From Candidatus Brocadiaceae bacterium (GTDB lineage Bacteria; Planctomycetota; Brocadiia; Brocadiales; Brocadiaceae): DNA of 29,404 nt. Location of the stretch: contig JACVXV010000012.1 in the NCBI GenBank assembly GCA_015661205.1, positions 1 through 29,404 of the forward strand. The letters run 5' to 3'. Below the pieces are notes generated by a model, which ran no database searches, was not told where the DNA came from, and worked only from the letters and a program-made list of their open reading frames with translations. The position numbers were made by a program, and so were the translations under genes. Positions within the stretch are counted from its first letter, which is position 1; the number at the start of each line of letters is the position of its first letter. Below, in pieces: positions 7,729 through 16,028 of the stretch.

Positions 7729-9634
7729 AGTGGGCATAGATCAACTCACGCATTTTTTTTGCTTTCTCAGGATTGCTGTCGATAAGATTATTGCCTTCTT
7801 TGGGATCTGATGCGAGATGGTAGAGTTCTTCTTTGCCCGTTGCCAAATAGCGTACCAGTTTCCAATCCTCTTGCATGACCGCAAAAGTACCCTTGCTTGG
7901 CGGCACAAAACGGCTATCCATTTCCAAGTTCATGGAAAATTTTGGCTGTATAGTCGGCTTTCCTTCCAGCATAGAAGATTTTAGCGATTCTCCTTCTACC
8001 CAAGTGGGAATGGGTAAATTAAGCAAGTCTATCACCGTAGGCAACAAATCCACTTGTCCCGCATAGGAAGCGATACGCTTACCTTCTCTTTGCCCTGGGA
8101 GATGGATCATCATCGGGACGTGGATTAATGGCTGATGGAGGTAGGTACCACCGTGTTGCCAATAACCCTTGGTAAAAGACTCACCATGATCTGCTGTAAC
8201 GATAATGATAGAGTCATCGAAACGTCCCATAGCCTTTAGCTTTTCGAGAAAGTCTCCGACTTGCGAGTCGGTATCCAAGACAAATTCATCGTACCGCAAC
8301 CTCAGTTGTTCAACCTCTGGTTGCCGCTGCGGAGGATAATTGTTACCTGGAATCCTTACTAAATCGTACAGTGTCGAAAAATTATTGAAATTGCCAAACT
8401 GATACTTAAAAGGGGAGGCTGGTAGGTAAGGACTGTGAGGTGGAAGTATATGTGCCCAGACAAACATTGGTTGCTGCAATGATGAAAAAAAGGGCAGTGT
8501 TCTATTAAAGACCAATTCGGGCGGGAAAAGGGAGTTTTCTTCGTTATGTGTAACAAGTATGAGTTCGAACACTTCGCTCCACACATCAATATGTTTTCCG
8601 TAGTTCTTCACTCGAAAAAACTGTTTAGAAATTGGACTAGTTGCAATCATTCCTCTTACTGGTTTCTCGGTGACCGCAGAAAAACTGTCTGTTATCATCA
8701 GCGATAAAGGGTGTGCAGCACCGTTTGCCACAATAGCCGCAGATTGATAACCATTGTCTTTCAGTATCTGTGCTAGATTTTTCTTCCGATCTTCTTCAAG
8801 AAAGTAGCTGGCGTGTTGGTTCACGCCGTGAGTTGATGGATACAAGCCGGAGATAAATGATGCGACCGAAGGTGTTGTCCAATTGGAAGATGAAAAAAAA
8901 TTATCAAAGACATAACTTGCTTTCGCGAAAGCTTCCAACCTTGGTGTCGTAGTAGGTAGGTGATAACCGTAGAGGGACATATCTTCTGCAGTTAGTGTGT
9001 CAATGGAAAGCAAAATAACGTTGGGCATGCCTGCGCTTGGAGAGGAGTTTTGGCTAGACTTAATCTCATCGTAATCGTGTATCACGATACCGTTCAAGGC
9101 TACCACTGACCCTGACAAGGCAATCAAGACCAGAACAGCCTTATTGCCTTTTGCTAGCTTATACTGAATTAAATTCCCCACTGCTTGTAAATTAAATTTC
9201 CATACCATAAAAACAAAAAGAATGATAATCAGCAACAGAACCAAAGGTTTTGTTGCACCAAATACAAAGATAACCCCGGTTACCTGTTGCAACCAGATTC
9301 TCAGAAGTTGCAATAAAAATACCAGTGATATTGCCAATATCGCTATGTTTACCACGGCATATACTGTTTCGTTGGTTTTTCCGTATGTTTTTTGGAAAGG
9401 GATACCAACTAACGTCACAATCCCGGCTAACAAAAACCCGATACCTGCAGACACAAAGGACGCCAACAGAACTATCATAGAAACTTCTTTGATGATGTCT
9501 ATGGTTGGCATGGATAGCATCCACGAGTTAAGCTGATGCAACAAGACAATAGGCAGGAAAAATAGGATCTGAATAGTGGAAAGGTAAAAAAAGAGCTGCT
9601 TTGTTAAACGAAGAAAGGTGGGGACGTGATTCAT
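7712..9634 (-). CDS. Membrane-anchored alkaline-phosphatase-superfamily (sulfatase/LtaS/EptA-like) transferase or hydrolase
   Basis: The N-terminal ~190 aa form several hydrophobic helices. The catalytic domain has VILLSIDTLTAEDM, SNWTTPSVASFISGLYP (Thr at the nucleophile position, no Arg) and TADHGES. Confidence 0.75.
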   Translation of the reverse strand: MNHVPTFLRLTKQLFFYLSTIQILFFLPIVLLHQLNSWMLSMPTIDIIKEVSMIVLLASFVSAGIGFLLAGIVTLVGIPFQKTYGKTNETVYAVVNIAILAISLVFLLQLLRIWLQQVTGVIFVFGATKPLVLLLIIILFVFMVWKFNLQAVGNLIQYKLAKGNKAVLVLIALSGSVVALNGIVIHDYDEIKSSQNSSPSAGMPNVILLSIDTLTAEDMSLYGYHLPTTTPRLEAFAKASYVFDNFFSSSNWTTPSVASFISGLYPSTHGVNQHASYFLEEDRKKNLAQILKDNGYQSAAIVANGAAHPLSLMITDSFSAVTEKPVRGMIATSPISKQFFRVKNYGKHIDVWSEVFELILVTHNEENSLFPPELVFNRTLPFFSSLQQPMFVWAHILPPHSPYLPASPFKYQFGNFNNFSTLYDLVRIPGNNYPPQRQPEVEQLRLRYDEFVLDTDSQVGDFLEKLKAMGRFDDSIIIVTADHGESFTKGYWQHGGTYLHQPLIHVPMMIHLPGQREGKRIASYAGQVDLLPTVIDLLNLPIPTWVEGESLKSSMLEGKPTIQPKFSMNLEMDSRFVPPSKGTFAVMQEDWKLVRYLATGKEELYHLASDPKEGNNLIDSNPEKAKKMRELIYAHFKLNK

Positions 9635-10098
9635 TTCGTTAATCTTTTTTTATACGATTACGGCTAAAGATACGTCGAATTGAATACCAAAGTGCCTTTA
9701 CCTGGTTAGAAAAAAATATCCAAACCGCTATTGCAAGGGCAACCAACGGTGCCAATAACTGGAAAAGGTAACCTCCAGCATTTGGGTCAATGTAGGCAAA
9801 GTGAACAGCGTCAGCAAAATCATGGTGTTGTTTTCATGCAAATTAGGTGTTAGTAAGAGTTTGCCGCCGAGAATGTGGAGGACGAACACAAGTATGAATC
9901 ATATTATAAAGCTGAGGGGTTTATCAAGAAAATTATAGACAAACAAGCCAGGTTTTCGGTGCTTAACCCGGTGATCACTGGGGATTCGTCCGGTATTTTT
10001 CGAAAAACAGAAGCCTTTGGCTCTATGTTGCCGGTATCCATGTAATCGAGTACCGCAACGTGGGCTTTAAAATTCTACAAACCGATAAACCCTTGCTA

Positions 10099-10734
10099 TT
10101 ACAGCCGGGGGTCAAAAAGCCCAAGCGCCTTGCCTGCCACTCGAAACTCCTCTTCCAGCAGCCATTTTTTTACCACCAACCCTGATGCGTAGCCGGTTAA
10201 TCGTCCGTCCGCACCGATAACCCTGTGGCAAGGGATGATGGGGGGGAGGGGGTTGTTGTGATTGGCGGAACCTACGGCCCTGGACGCACCGGGACTCCCG
10301 ATCTGCTCAGCAACCCACTGATAAGATCGGCATTCTCCGTAAGGGATATCCTGCAGTTTCTTCCACACCTTCGTCTGAAACGGGGTTCCATTGCTTGTAT
10401 CCAGGGGGAAGTCGAATGTCACTTGCTTACCGGAGAAGTATGCCCTTAGAGCGGCTATTTCATACTGTAGGGATACATCGTTTCTTTCTATGGGCGTTGC
10501 TGCTTTTTTGAAAAAGGCGTGCAGAAAATCGTTTTCCGTATCGTGGGGAAAGGAAATCCGGCACACACCATGCGCATTTTTTGCCGCGAAGAGCAGCCCT
10601 ATTGGGGTGGAAAGACTACTGAAGTAAATCGCACCGGGATTATCTTCTTGCACTTTTGTTTGCGGCGCCCTTATTTCCCGCGCCCTCGTCTTTGCCCTTT
10701 GCGCCTTTACCGGCGCCTGAACCTTTACGTCCAA
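10099..10734 (-). CDS. ogt: Methylated-DNA--protein-cysteine methyltransferase (MGMT/Ogt)
   Basis: Active site is [17 protein letters not shown], preceded by the helix-turn-helix region [25 protein letters not shown]. The true start may be the in-frame GTG at 10653, which would reduce the overlap with the upstream gene from 95 nt to 14 nt. Confidence 0.85.
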   Translation of the reverse strand: MDVKVQAPVKAQRAKTRAREIRAPQTKVQEDNPGAIYFSSLSTPIGLLFAAKNAHGVCRISFPHDTENDFLHAFFKKAATPIERNDVSLQYEIAALRAYFSGKQVTFDFPLDTSNGTPFQTKVWKKLQDIPYGECRSYQWVAEQIGSPGASRAVGSANHNNPLPPIIPCHRVIGADGRLTGYASGLVVKKWLLEEEFRVAGKALGLFDPRL

Positions 10735-11470
10735 TAGTGCTGCGGTATCCCGCGACGATCCCCATTAGAACCAGGGTTGATGAAAACAAAAATACCAGCG
10801 CGCAGAGGGACAGGACGGTTATTGCCCATAAATCATGGATGCAAAAACGCCACCATGAATATTTCGACAGGCGCACGCCGAATTTTTCCAGACAGAAAAA
10901 AGTTAGCGCCAGGACGAAAAACCCAAGGAGTAAAAACTTAATATCCTCTTTTTTGGGTGCCATGGAAAAAGAAAAAACAAGGGCGGTCAGCAAAAAGAAG
11001 ATATGGCCTATATTGGTGATGTGAAACTGCTTATAGAAGGCGCAGAATGTCGTAACAGCGGCAAAATAGAGATACTTTACGATACAGAATAACCCATAAA
11101 GTGAAAAGTGGAACTCGTAATTAATAGATTGCGTGAAGCGGATGGGGTTGCCAAGTATTGTTGATATAAAAAAGATAAAAAAGGCGCAGCCGAAAATAGG
11201 GGCGGCGACGATCAGAAAGTCGAACAACACCGGAATCTTCGGCTTGTCATACTTGATTTCCGAACCGTTGAGCGCAAACAAGTTCAACTCTTTAATGGTT
11301 GTTCCCGTTATGAGGCATACGAGCGCGTGGCTAAGGTCGTGAACGATGCTGCCGGGCAAAAGGAATACCTTGATAATTTTTGCATCTGCATATTTTCCCC
11401 ATAATCCGGAAGTAACAGAGCTGAGTATGGCAACCAGGATAAGGCCTAGACCGAGCATTAAGTATATCAT
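10640..11470 (-). CDS. Integral membrane protein with an HxxxH motif and a Gly/Lys-rich C-terminal tail
   Basis: Has about 7 hydrophobic segments, the motif VHDLSHALVCLITG, and the tail GRKGSGAGKGAKGKDEGAGNKGAANKSARR. I do not recognise a family. Confidence 0.5.
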   Translation of the reverse strand: MIYLMLGLGLILVAILSSVTSGLWGKYADAKIIKVFLLPGSIVHDLSHALVCLITGTTIKELNLFALNGSEIKYDKPKIPVLFDFLIVAAPIFGCAFFIFFISTILGNPIRFTQSINYEFHFSLYGLFCIVKYLYFAAVTTFCAFYKQFHITNIGHIFFLLTALVFSFSMAPKKEDIKFLLLGFFVLALTFFCLEKFGVRLSKYSWWRFCIHDLWAITVLSLCALVFLFSSTLVLMGIVAGYRSTIGRKGSGAGKGAKGKDEGAGNKGAANKSARR

Positions 11471-11622
11471 ATTCTTAAATTAATACATCCTCCAGTATTC
11501 CCCTTTTTATCGGTTTGATACTTCACTTCGTTAATCGTGACCAGTATATTACAGAGAGATAGATTAGCAAAGCAGCAGGCGGTCTGTCAAACAGAAAGTA
11601 TTGAGGAAAGCAAATATTTGTT

Positions 11623-11650
11623 TTGCAATTTGACGCGAGAAATATATAAT
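11623..11650 (+). promoter_or_regulatory. Candidate sigma70 promoter upstream of tRNA-Ala
   Basis: TTGCAA at 11623-11628, a 16-nt spacer, then a perfect TATAAT at 11645-11650. It is about 65 nt upstream of the tRNA. Confidence 0.35.
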
Positions 11651-11716
11651 TTATACGTTGTAGAAACTTTCTGCCGAATAGCAACTACATTAGTAGCTCA
11701 TAAAGAATACGTGAGT

Positions 11717-11792
11717 GGGGACGTAGCTCAGATGGGAGAGCGTCTCGTTCGCAATGAGAAGGCCAGGGGTTCGATTCCCCTCGTCTCCACCA
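11717..11792 (+). tRNA. tRNA-Ala (anticodon CGC), CCA encoded
   Basis: Folds as a cloverleaf by hand. The acceptor GGGGACG/CGTCTCC contains the G3:U70 alanine identity pair. The D arm is TAGCTCAGATGGGAGAGC, the anticodon stem is TCTCG/TGAGA with loop TTCGCAA, the T arm is AGGGGTTCGATTCCCCT, and the 3' end is ACCA. Confidence 0.9.
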
Positions 11793-11902
11793 TTTATGTT
11801 TTCATGGGTCAAGGCCTTGCTAAGCTTCAAGCCTTTCCTTAGACTTTATGAAGACATATTCAACGGTAACCAAGCCTATTCAAAACCAAGACCATTTGCT
11901 TT

Positions 11903-12436
11903 ATGTATGTTGGCATTGATATTATTGAGATAAAACGCATAGAAAGATTGTTTTCTGCAAATGAAGGTTTTTTAAAGAAAATCTATACGGAAAACGAGGT
12001 CGCCTACTGCAACGGAAGAAAAAATAAATACCAGCACTTTGCCGCCCGCTTTGCCGCAAAAGAAGCCATGTTCAAGGCGCTTGGAACGGGATGGGCGGGG
12101 ACGATGAAGTGGACTGATATTGAGACGCTCAATGACGAAACGGGCAGGCCCTATCTCAATTTGTACGGAAGCGTAAAAGAACTGGCGGACAAGAAAAACA
12201 TCAATTCTATCGCAGTGTCACTATCCCACTGCCAGGATTATGCTATAGCAGAGGTGCATGCAGAGGCTGTTGCAGAATTAGTTGATGAACGTATAGCAAC
12301 AAAGCAGGATTTGAAAGAACTGGAAATAATACTAAAGCAAGATGTAAAACAACTGGAATTGCGCCTAACCATTCGTCTGGGCGCTATGATGGCCGCCAGT
12401 ATTGCAATTATCGCCGCATTGGTTAAGTTGCTGTAG
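11903..12436 (+). CDS. acpS: Holo-[acyl-carrier-protein] synthase (4'-phosphopantetheinyl transferase) with a ~55-aa coiled-coil/transmembrane C-terminal extension
   Basis: AcpS motifs are VGIDIIEIKRIERL, RFAAKEAMFKALG and SLSHCQDYAIAEV. An extra tail, ATKQDLKELEIILKQDVKQLELRLTIRLGAMMAASIAIIAALVKLL, follows the normal end of AcpS. Confidence 0.8.
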   Translation: MYVGIDIIEIKRIERLFSANEGFLKKIYTENEVAYCNGRKNKYQHFAARFAAKEAMFKALGTGWAGTMKWTDIETLNDETGRPYLNLYGSVKELADKKNINSIAVSLSHCQDYAIAEVHAEAVAELVDERIATKQDLKELEIILKQDVKQLELRLTIRLGAMMAASIAIIAALVKLL

Positions 12437-12460
12437 AAGGAATGCAAGAGAGGGATATTC

Positions 12461-13942
12461 ATGAAAAAACTTGTGTTGATTAATCCTCACCCCATCGGAA
12501 ACGTCGGGGAGGAAAACGTATCCGTACTAAACCAAATGCCGGTAAATCTCGGCTATCTCAAGGTGTTAACCCCAAAAAACTGGGACGTCGATATCATCGA
12601 CGAAACCCAGGAACCCGCTGTAGATGAAGCCACCGGCGATATTACCTTCGGAGGGGCGGACCTGGTGGGCGTCACCGCCGTCAGCTACCAGGCGCAACGG
12701 GCGTATCAGATTGCAGCCGCGTGCAGGAAACGGGGCATACCCGTCATAATGGGCGGCATCCATGCCACCAGCTTCCCGGAAGAGGCTGCAAAGTATGTGG
12801 ACTGCGTGGTGACCAGGGAGGCCGTTACTACCTGGGAAAAGATTATCAGCGATTTCGAGAAGGGGCAGCTCCAAAAGCGATATGACGGTGTGCTGACCCC
12901 CATGGAGCTTTACCACGGCCTGCGCCCCGATAGAAAATTTCTGCAAGACAAATACAAGTACCGCTATTCAGGGATTATTACCACCGCCGGATGTCCGTTT
13001 AGTTGTGAGTTCTGCTCCGTTCCGCAGTTCCAGGGAAAGAAGTACCGGGAAAGGCCGATAGAGGACGTGCTGGACGAGTTTGAGTCCATCAAGGGGCAAT
13101 TCCGTGGACTGATCCTGACGGATGAAAATTTTTACGGCCACAGCAAAAAGTCCAACGAGCGGGTGCGGGAGCTTTTCAAAGGGATGGTGGATAGGGGTAT
13201 TTACCAAAACTGGTTTGGCTTTACCTCGCTCAACATCTACCAAGACGACGAAACCCTTGAATACATGAAGAAGAGCGGGTGCGTCGGCGTGCTTATCGGC
13301 ATCGAATCCATCAACGAAGAAGCCCTGAAGACGATGAACAAGAACGTAAACCTGCGCATATCCATAGAAAACTACTTCGAGGCAATAGCCAACATCCGCA
13401 AGCATGGCTTGGCCGTTTGGGGAACGATGGTCTTCGGCAATGACGCCGATACCCCGGACACCTTTAAACAGGTTGCCGAATTTGTCCTTAATTCCCACGT
13501 AGACGTAATGACCTGCGGCATCTTATGCCCATTCATCAATACGCCGCTGTACCACCGTTTAAACAACGACGGCAGGCTTTTCAGGACGAATTTCCCGGCG
13601 GATTGGAAGTATTATACTTCGCACCACCTCACCTACATCCTCAAGAACATGACCCTCCAGGAGATCATCGACGGCTTCCAGTATCTGTACGATAAGATTT
13701 ATGACACCAATGTATTGCGGAAGCGGTTTCAGAATGCCAAAGAGGTTCTTGCGGACAATATGAACGCCGCCATGTTCGCATTCCGTGTAAACCTGGACTG
13801 GCAAAGCGTCTACCAGCACCTGATACAGAATTTGAAAGACTTGCAGACAACGGGGGTTTACGACGAGGTGTTGAAGCAACATAATCAGTCGAAAAAACAG
13901 GGGAGAACAGTGGATCTGAGGCCATTGGAGGTTTCCCCCTGA
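12461..13942 (+). CDS. B12-binding-domain radical SAM enzyme (class B)
   Basis: Has an N-terminal cobalamin-binding-type Rossmann segment (LVGVTAVSYQAQRAYQIAAACRKRGIPVIMGGIHAT) and a CxxxCxxC cluster motif (CPFSCEFCSV). Confidence 0.85.
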   Translation: MKKLVLINPHPIGNVGEENVSVLNQMPVNLGYLKVLTPKNWDVDIIDETQEPAVDEATGDITFGGADLVGVTAVSYQAQRAYQIAAACRKRGIPVIMGGIHATSFPEEAAKYVDCVVTREAVTTWEKIISDFEKGQLQKRYDGVLTPMELYHGLRPDRKFLQDKYKYRYSGIITTAGCPFSCEFCSVPQFQGKKYRERPIEDVLDEFESIKGQFRGLILTDENFYGHSKKSNERVRELFKGMVDRGIYQNWFGFTSLNIYQDDETLEYMKKSGCVGVLIGIESINEEALKTMNKNVNLRISIENYFEAIANIRKHGLAVWGTMVFGNDADTPDTFKQVAEFVLNSHVDVMTCGILCPFINTPLYHRLNNDGRLFRTNFPADWKYYTSHHLTYILKNMTLQEIIDGFQYLYDKIYDTNVLRKRFQNAKEVLADNMNAAMFAFRVNLDWQSVYQHLIQNLKDLQTTGVYDEVLKQHNQSKKQGRTVDLRPLEVSP

Positions 13943-13994
13943 ATTAGCTTCCGTAGTTGAATGAAACAGGCAACAAACACAAGGAGCAGTGAGT

Positions 13995-14690
13995 ATGCCG
14001 GCTATAAAAGAACGAGTCGAGACCCTTGAGGAAGTGCTTAAGGAATGTGCCAAAAATATCAGCCTTTTAAGCATTTCTCAGACACAGACGGACAGAGAAC
14101 TCCGTGACTTTAAGGGAGAGATGCAGGGCTTTAAAGACGAGATGAAAGACTTTAAAAGCGAGATGCTTGATTTTAAAAGCGAAATGAAGGAATTTAAAGA
14201 CAAGATGTTGAAATTTAGTGAAGAATCAAAGGAGGATAGAATCCGTTGGTACAAACAATGGGGTGATATTGCCAATAAATTCGGTACGATTGTAGAGGAT
14301 ATGGTAGCTCCCAATATTCCGGGAATTGCCCGCACTTATTTCGGGTGTGAGGATTTGGATTTTTTCGGATTGAGGATAACGAAAAAGAATTTAAGGGATA
14401 AATCAAGAAGCCGGGAGTTTGACATAATAGCGGTGGCCGGCGGTGTGTTTATCATTAACGAAACCAAATCTACGCCGAGGGCCGAGTACATCCAGGATTT
14501 TGTTGAGACGCTTAAAGAGGTGCCTGATTATTTCCCGGAATCTCTGGAGAAAAGAATAATTCCTGTTTTTTCTTCTCTTTATCTTCCGCAAAACGTGATA
14601 ACATACCTTACAAGAATGAAGATTTACGCAATGGCAATAAAAGACGACACCATGGATTTGCTAAATTATAGGTCAATTTGCGCGGGTTAG
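13995..14690 (+). CDS. Coiled-coil plus PD-(D/E)xK-like protein (DUF3782-like by recollection)
   Basis: AAGGAG lies 8 nt upstream of the ATG at 13995. The N-terminus has heptad repeats DFKxEMx. The C-terminal core, EFDIIAVAGGVFIINETKS, fits a D...E-x-K nuclease motif. Confidence 0.55.
   Translation: MPAIKERVETLEEVLKECAKNISLLSISQTQTDRELRDFKGEMQGFKDEMKDFKSEMLDFKSEMKEFKDKMLKFSEESKEDRIRWYKQWGDIANKFGTIVEDMVAPNIPGIARTYFGCEDLDFFGLRITKKNLRDKSRSREFDIIAVAGGVFIINETKSTPRAEYIQDFVETLKEVPDYFPESLEKRIIPVFSSLYLPQNVITYLTRMKIYAMAIKDDTMDLLNYRSICAG
14106..14231 (+). repeat. Tandem 21-nt (7-aa) coding repeat, 5 good copies plus 1 degenerate
   Basis: The units read DFKGEMQ / GFKDEMK / DFKSEML / DFKSEMK / EFKDKML / KFSEESK. 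The DNA units resemble gactttaaaagcgagatgctt. Confidence 0.8.
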
Positions 14691-14694
14691 GACT

Positions 14695-15906
14695 ATGTCA
14701 AAGGTTGTCATCACCGGTTTAGGATTGGTTACACCCGTCGGCATCGGCGTCAAAAAAAGCTGGGAATCGTTCCTCCTGGGCAGGAGCGGCGCAAACGAGA
14801 TGAAGTCCTTTGACACCTCGAAATACAAGGTACACCGGTCTTGTGAGGTAAAAGACTTTGCCTTGGACGTCGAACTGGACAACCAGATAAAAGAAAACAC
14901 TATCCATAAATACGTCTACTACGCCGCCCGTGAAGCCTTACGGGAAAGTGGCCTGCCGGATGAAAAACACTGCGACCGTGAACGGTTCGGCGTCGCCATC
15001 GGGACGCTGGCCGCAGAACTGACCCCTTTTGAAAGATTGCTGAGACTAGACCTCTCGAAAAAAGATAACGGCTTCGACAAAACGGTGGCTGCCGTCTATC
15101 CGCCCAACTCCATCACCAACGTCCTTGCCCACTATTTCGGCTTTGAAGGGCCGACGCTGATCTCCCTGAATGCCTGCTCTTCCGGCAACCACGCCATCGC
15201 CTGGGCGTATGACCGCCTGATGGAAGGCAAGGTTGACGTGGTAATGGTCGGCGGGGGAGACATGATCCCCCAAACGGAGTTCACCCACTTCCACAACCTC
15301 AAGTCACTTGCGCCGGAACGGTGCCAACCCTTCGACAAAAACCGCCAGGGTCTCATGATTGGCGAGGGCGCCGGCATCCTCATCATGGAACGCTACGAAT
15401 TTGCGAAAAAACGCGGTGCGAAGATTATTGCCGAAATGGCCGGGTACGGGCTAAGCTGCGATGGATTCCACATGACCGCGCCCCATCCGGAAGGCGACGG
15501 CGCCGTGAAATGCATGAGCGATGCGATAAAAATGGCAGGCCTTTCGTCCACCGATATCGACTACATCAACGCACATGGCACAGGTACCCCGCACAACGAC
15601 AAATCGGAGACCATCGCCATAAAACGGGTATTCCAGGAACGCGCATACAAAATACCGTGCAGCTCCACAAAATCGATGATAGGCCACCTTATGGGCGCCG
15701 CCAGCGCCGTTGAATCGGTCATCTGCTGCCTGACATTGCGGCACGGGATGCTGCCCCCAACCATTAACTACGAAACACCCGATCCTGAATGCGATCTCGA
15801 CTATATACCGAACACCGCGCGGGAATTGAAGGTACGGCACGTCCTAAACAACTCCTTCGCATTCGGCGGTAATAATGCGACGACGATATTCAGCAGGGTG
15901 GAGTAA
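14695..15906 (+). CDS. Beta-ketoacyl-ACP synthase II-like ketosynthase (catalytically complete)
   Basis: The Cys-His-His triad is present: LNACSSGNHAI, INAHGTGTPHND, STKSMIGHLMGAAS. The C-terminus NSFAFGGNNATTIF is typical. Confidence 0.9.
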   Translation: MSKVVITGLGLVTPVGIGVKKSWESFLLGRSGANEMKSFDTSKYKVHRSCEVKDFALDVELDNQIKENTIHKYVYYAAREALRESGLPDEKHCDRERFGVAIGTLAAELTPFERLLRLDLSKKDNGFDKTVAAVYPPNSITNVLAHYFGFEGPTLISLNACSSGNHAIAWAYDRLMEGKVDVVMVGGGDMIPQTEFTHFHNLKSLAPERCQPFDKNRQGLMIGEGAGILIMERYEFAKKRGAKIIAEMAGYGLSCDGFHMTAPHPEGDGAVKCMSDAIKMAGLSSTDIDYINAHGTGTPHNDKSETIAIKRVFQERAYKIPCSSTKSMIGHLMGAASAVESVICCLTLRHGMLPPTINYETPDPECDLDYIPNTARELKVRHVLNNSFAFGGNNATTIFSRVE

Positions 15907-16028
15907 GAGGAACTGCTCACTGCAGAGGGCGCGGAGGACGCTGAGAAATGTAAGGGGAAAGATACGGTCTTTCGGCTTACCAAACACGTATCATTTATTG
16001 ATGATGAACAGCAAAGGCTGAATACATA

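Noticed and set aside
9639-9833. Minus-strand open frame encoding ...HFAYIDPNAGGYLFQLLAPLVALAIAVWIFFSNQVKALWYSIRRIFSRNRIKKD, ending 5 nt before the LtaS-like start
   Set aside because: It looks like a real membrane-anchor N-terminus (a YIDPxxG-type motif). However, the frame has no ATG, GTG or TTG start after the upstream stop. It is probably a relic or needs a frameshift, so it is not reported as a gene.
10640-10734. The 95-nt overlap between the membrane-protein gene and ogt as a possible functional overlap
   Set aside because: It is most simply explained by an over-extended ogt start. An in-frame GTG at 10653 gives a normal-length Ogt. This cannot be resolved without homolog alignment.
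11537-11842. ORF 11537-11842 (+), 101 aa
   Set aside because: It runs straight through the tRNA-Ala gene and its promoter, so it is spurious.
12566-14074. Minus-strand ORFs 12566-12946, 12968-13498 and 13559-14074 (126-176 aa)
   Set aside because: They are antisense to the radical SAM gene and the following gene, with no motifs. They are shadow frames.
15046-15840. ORFs in other frames or on the other strand of the first KS gene (15321-15713 +, 15451-15840 - and others)
   Set aside because: They are Arg/His/Gly-rich off-frame translations of a confidently called KS gene.
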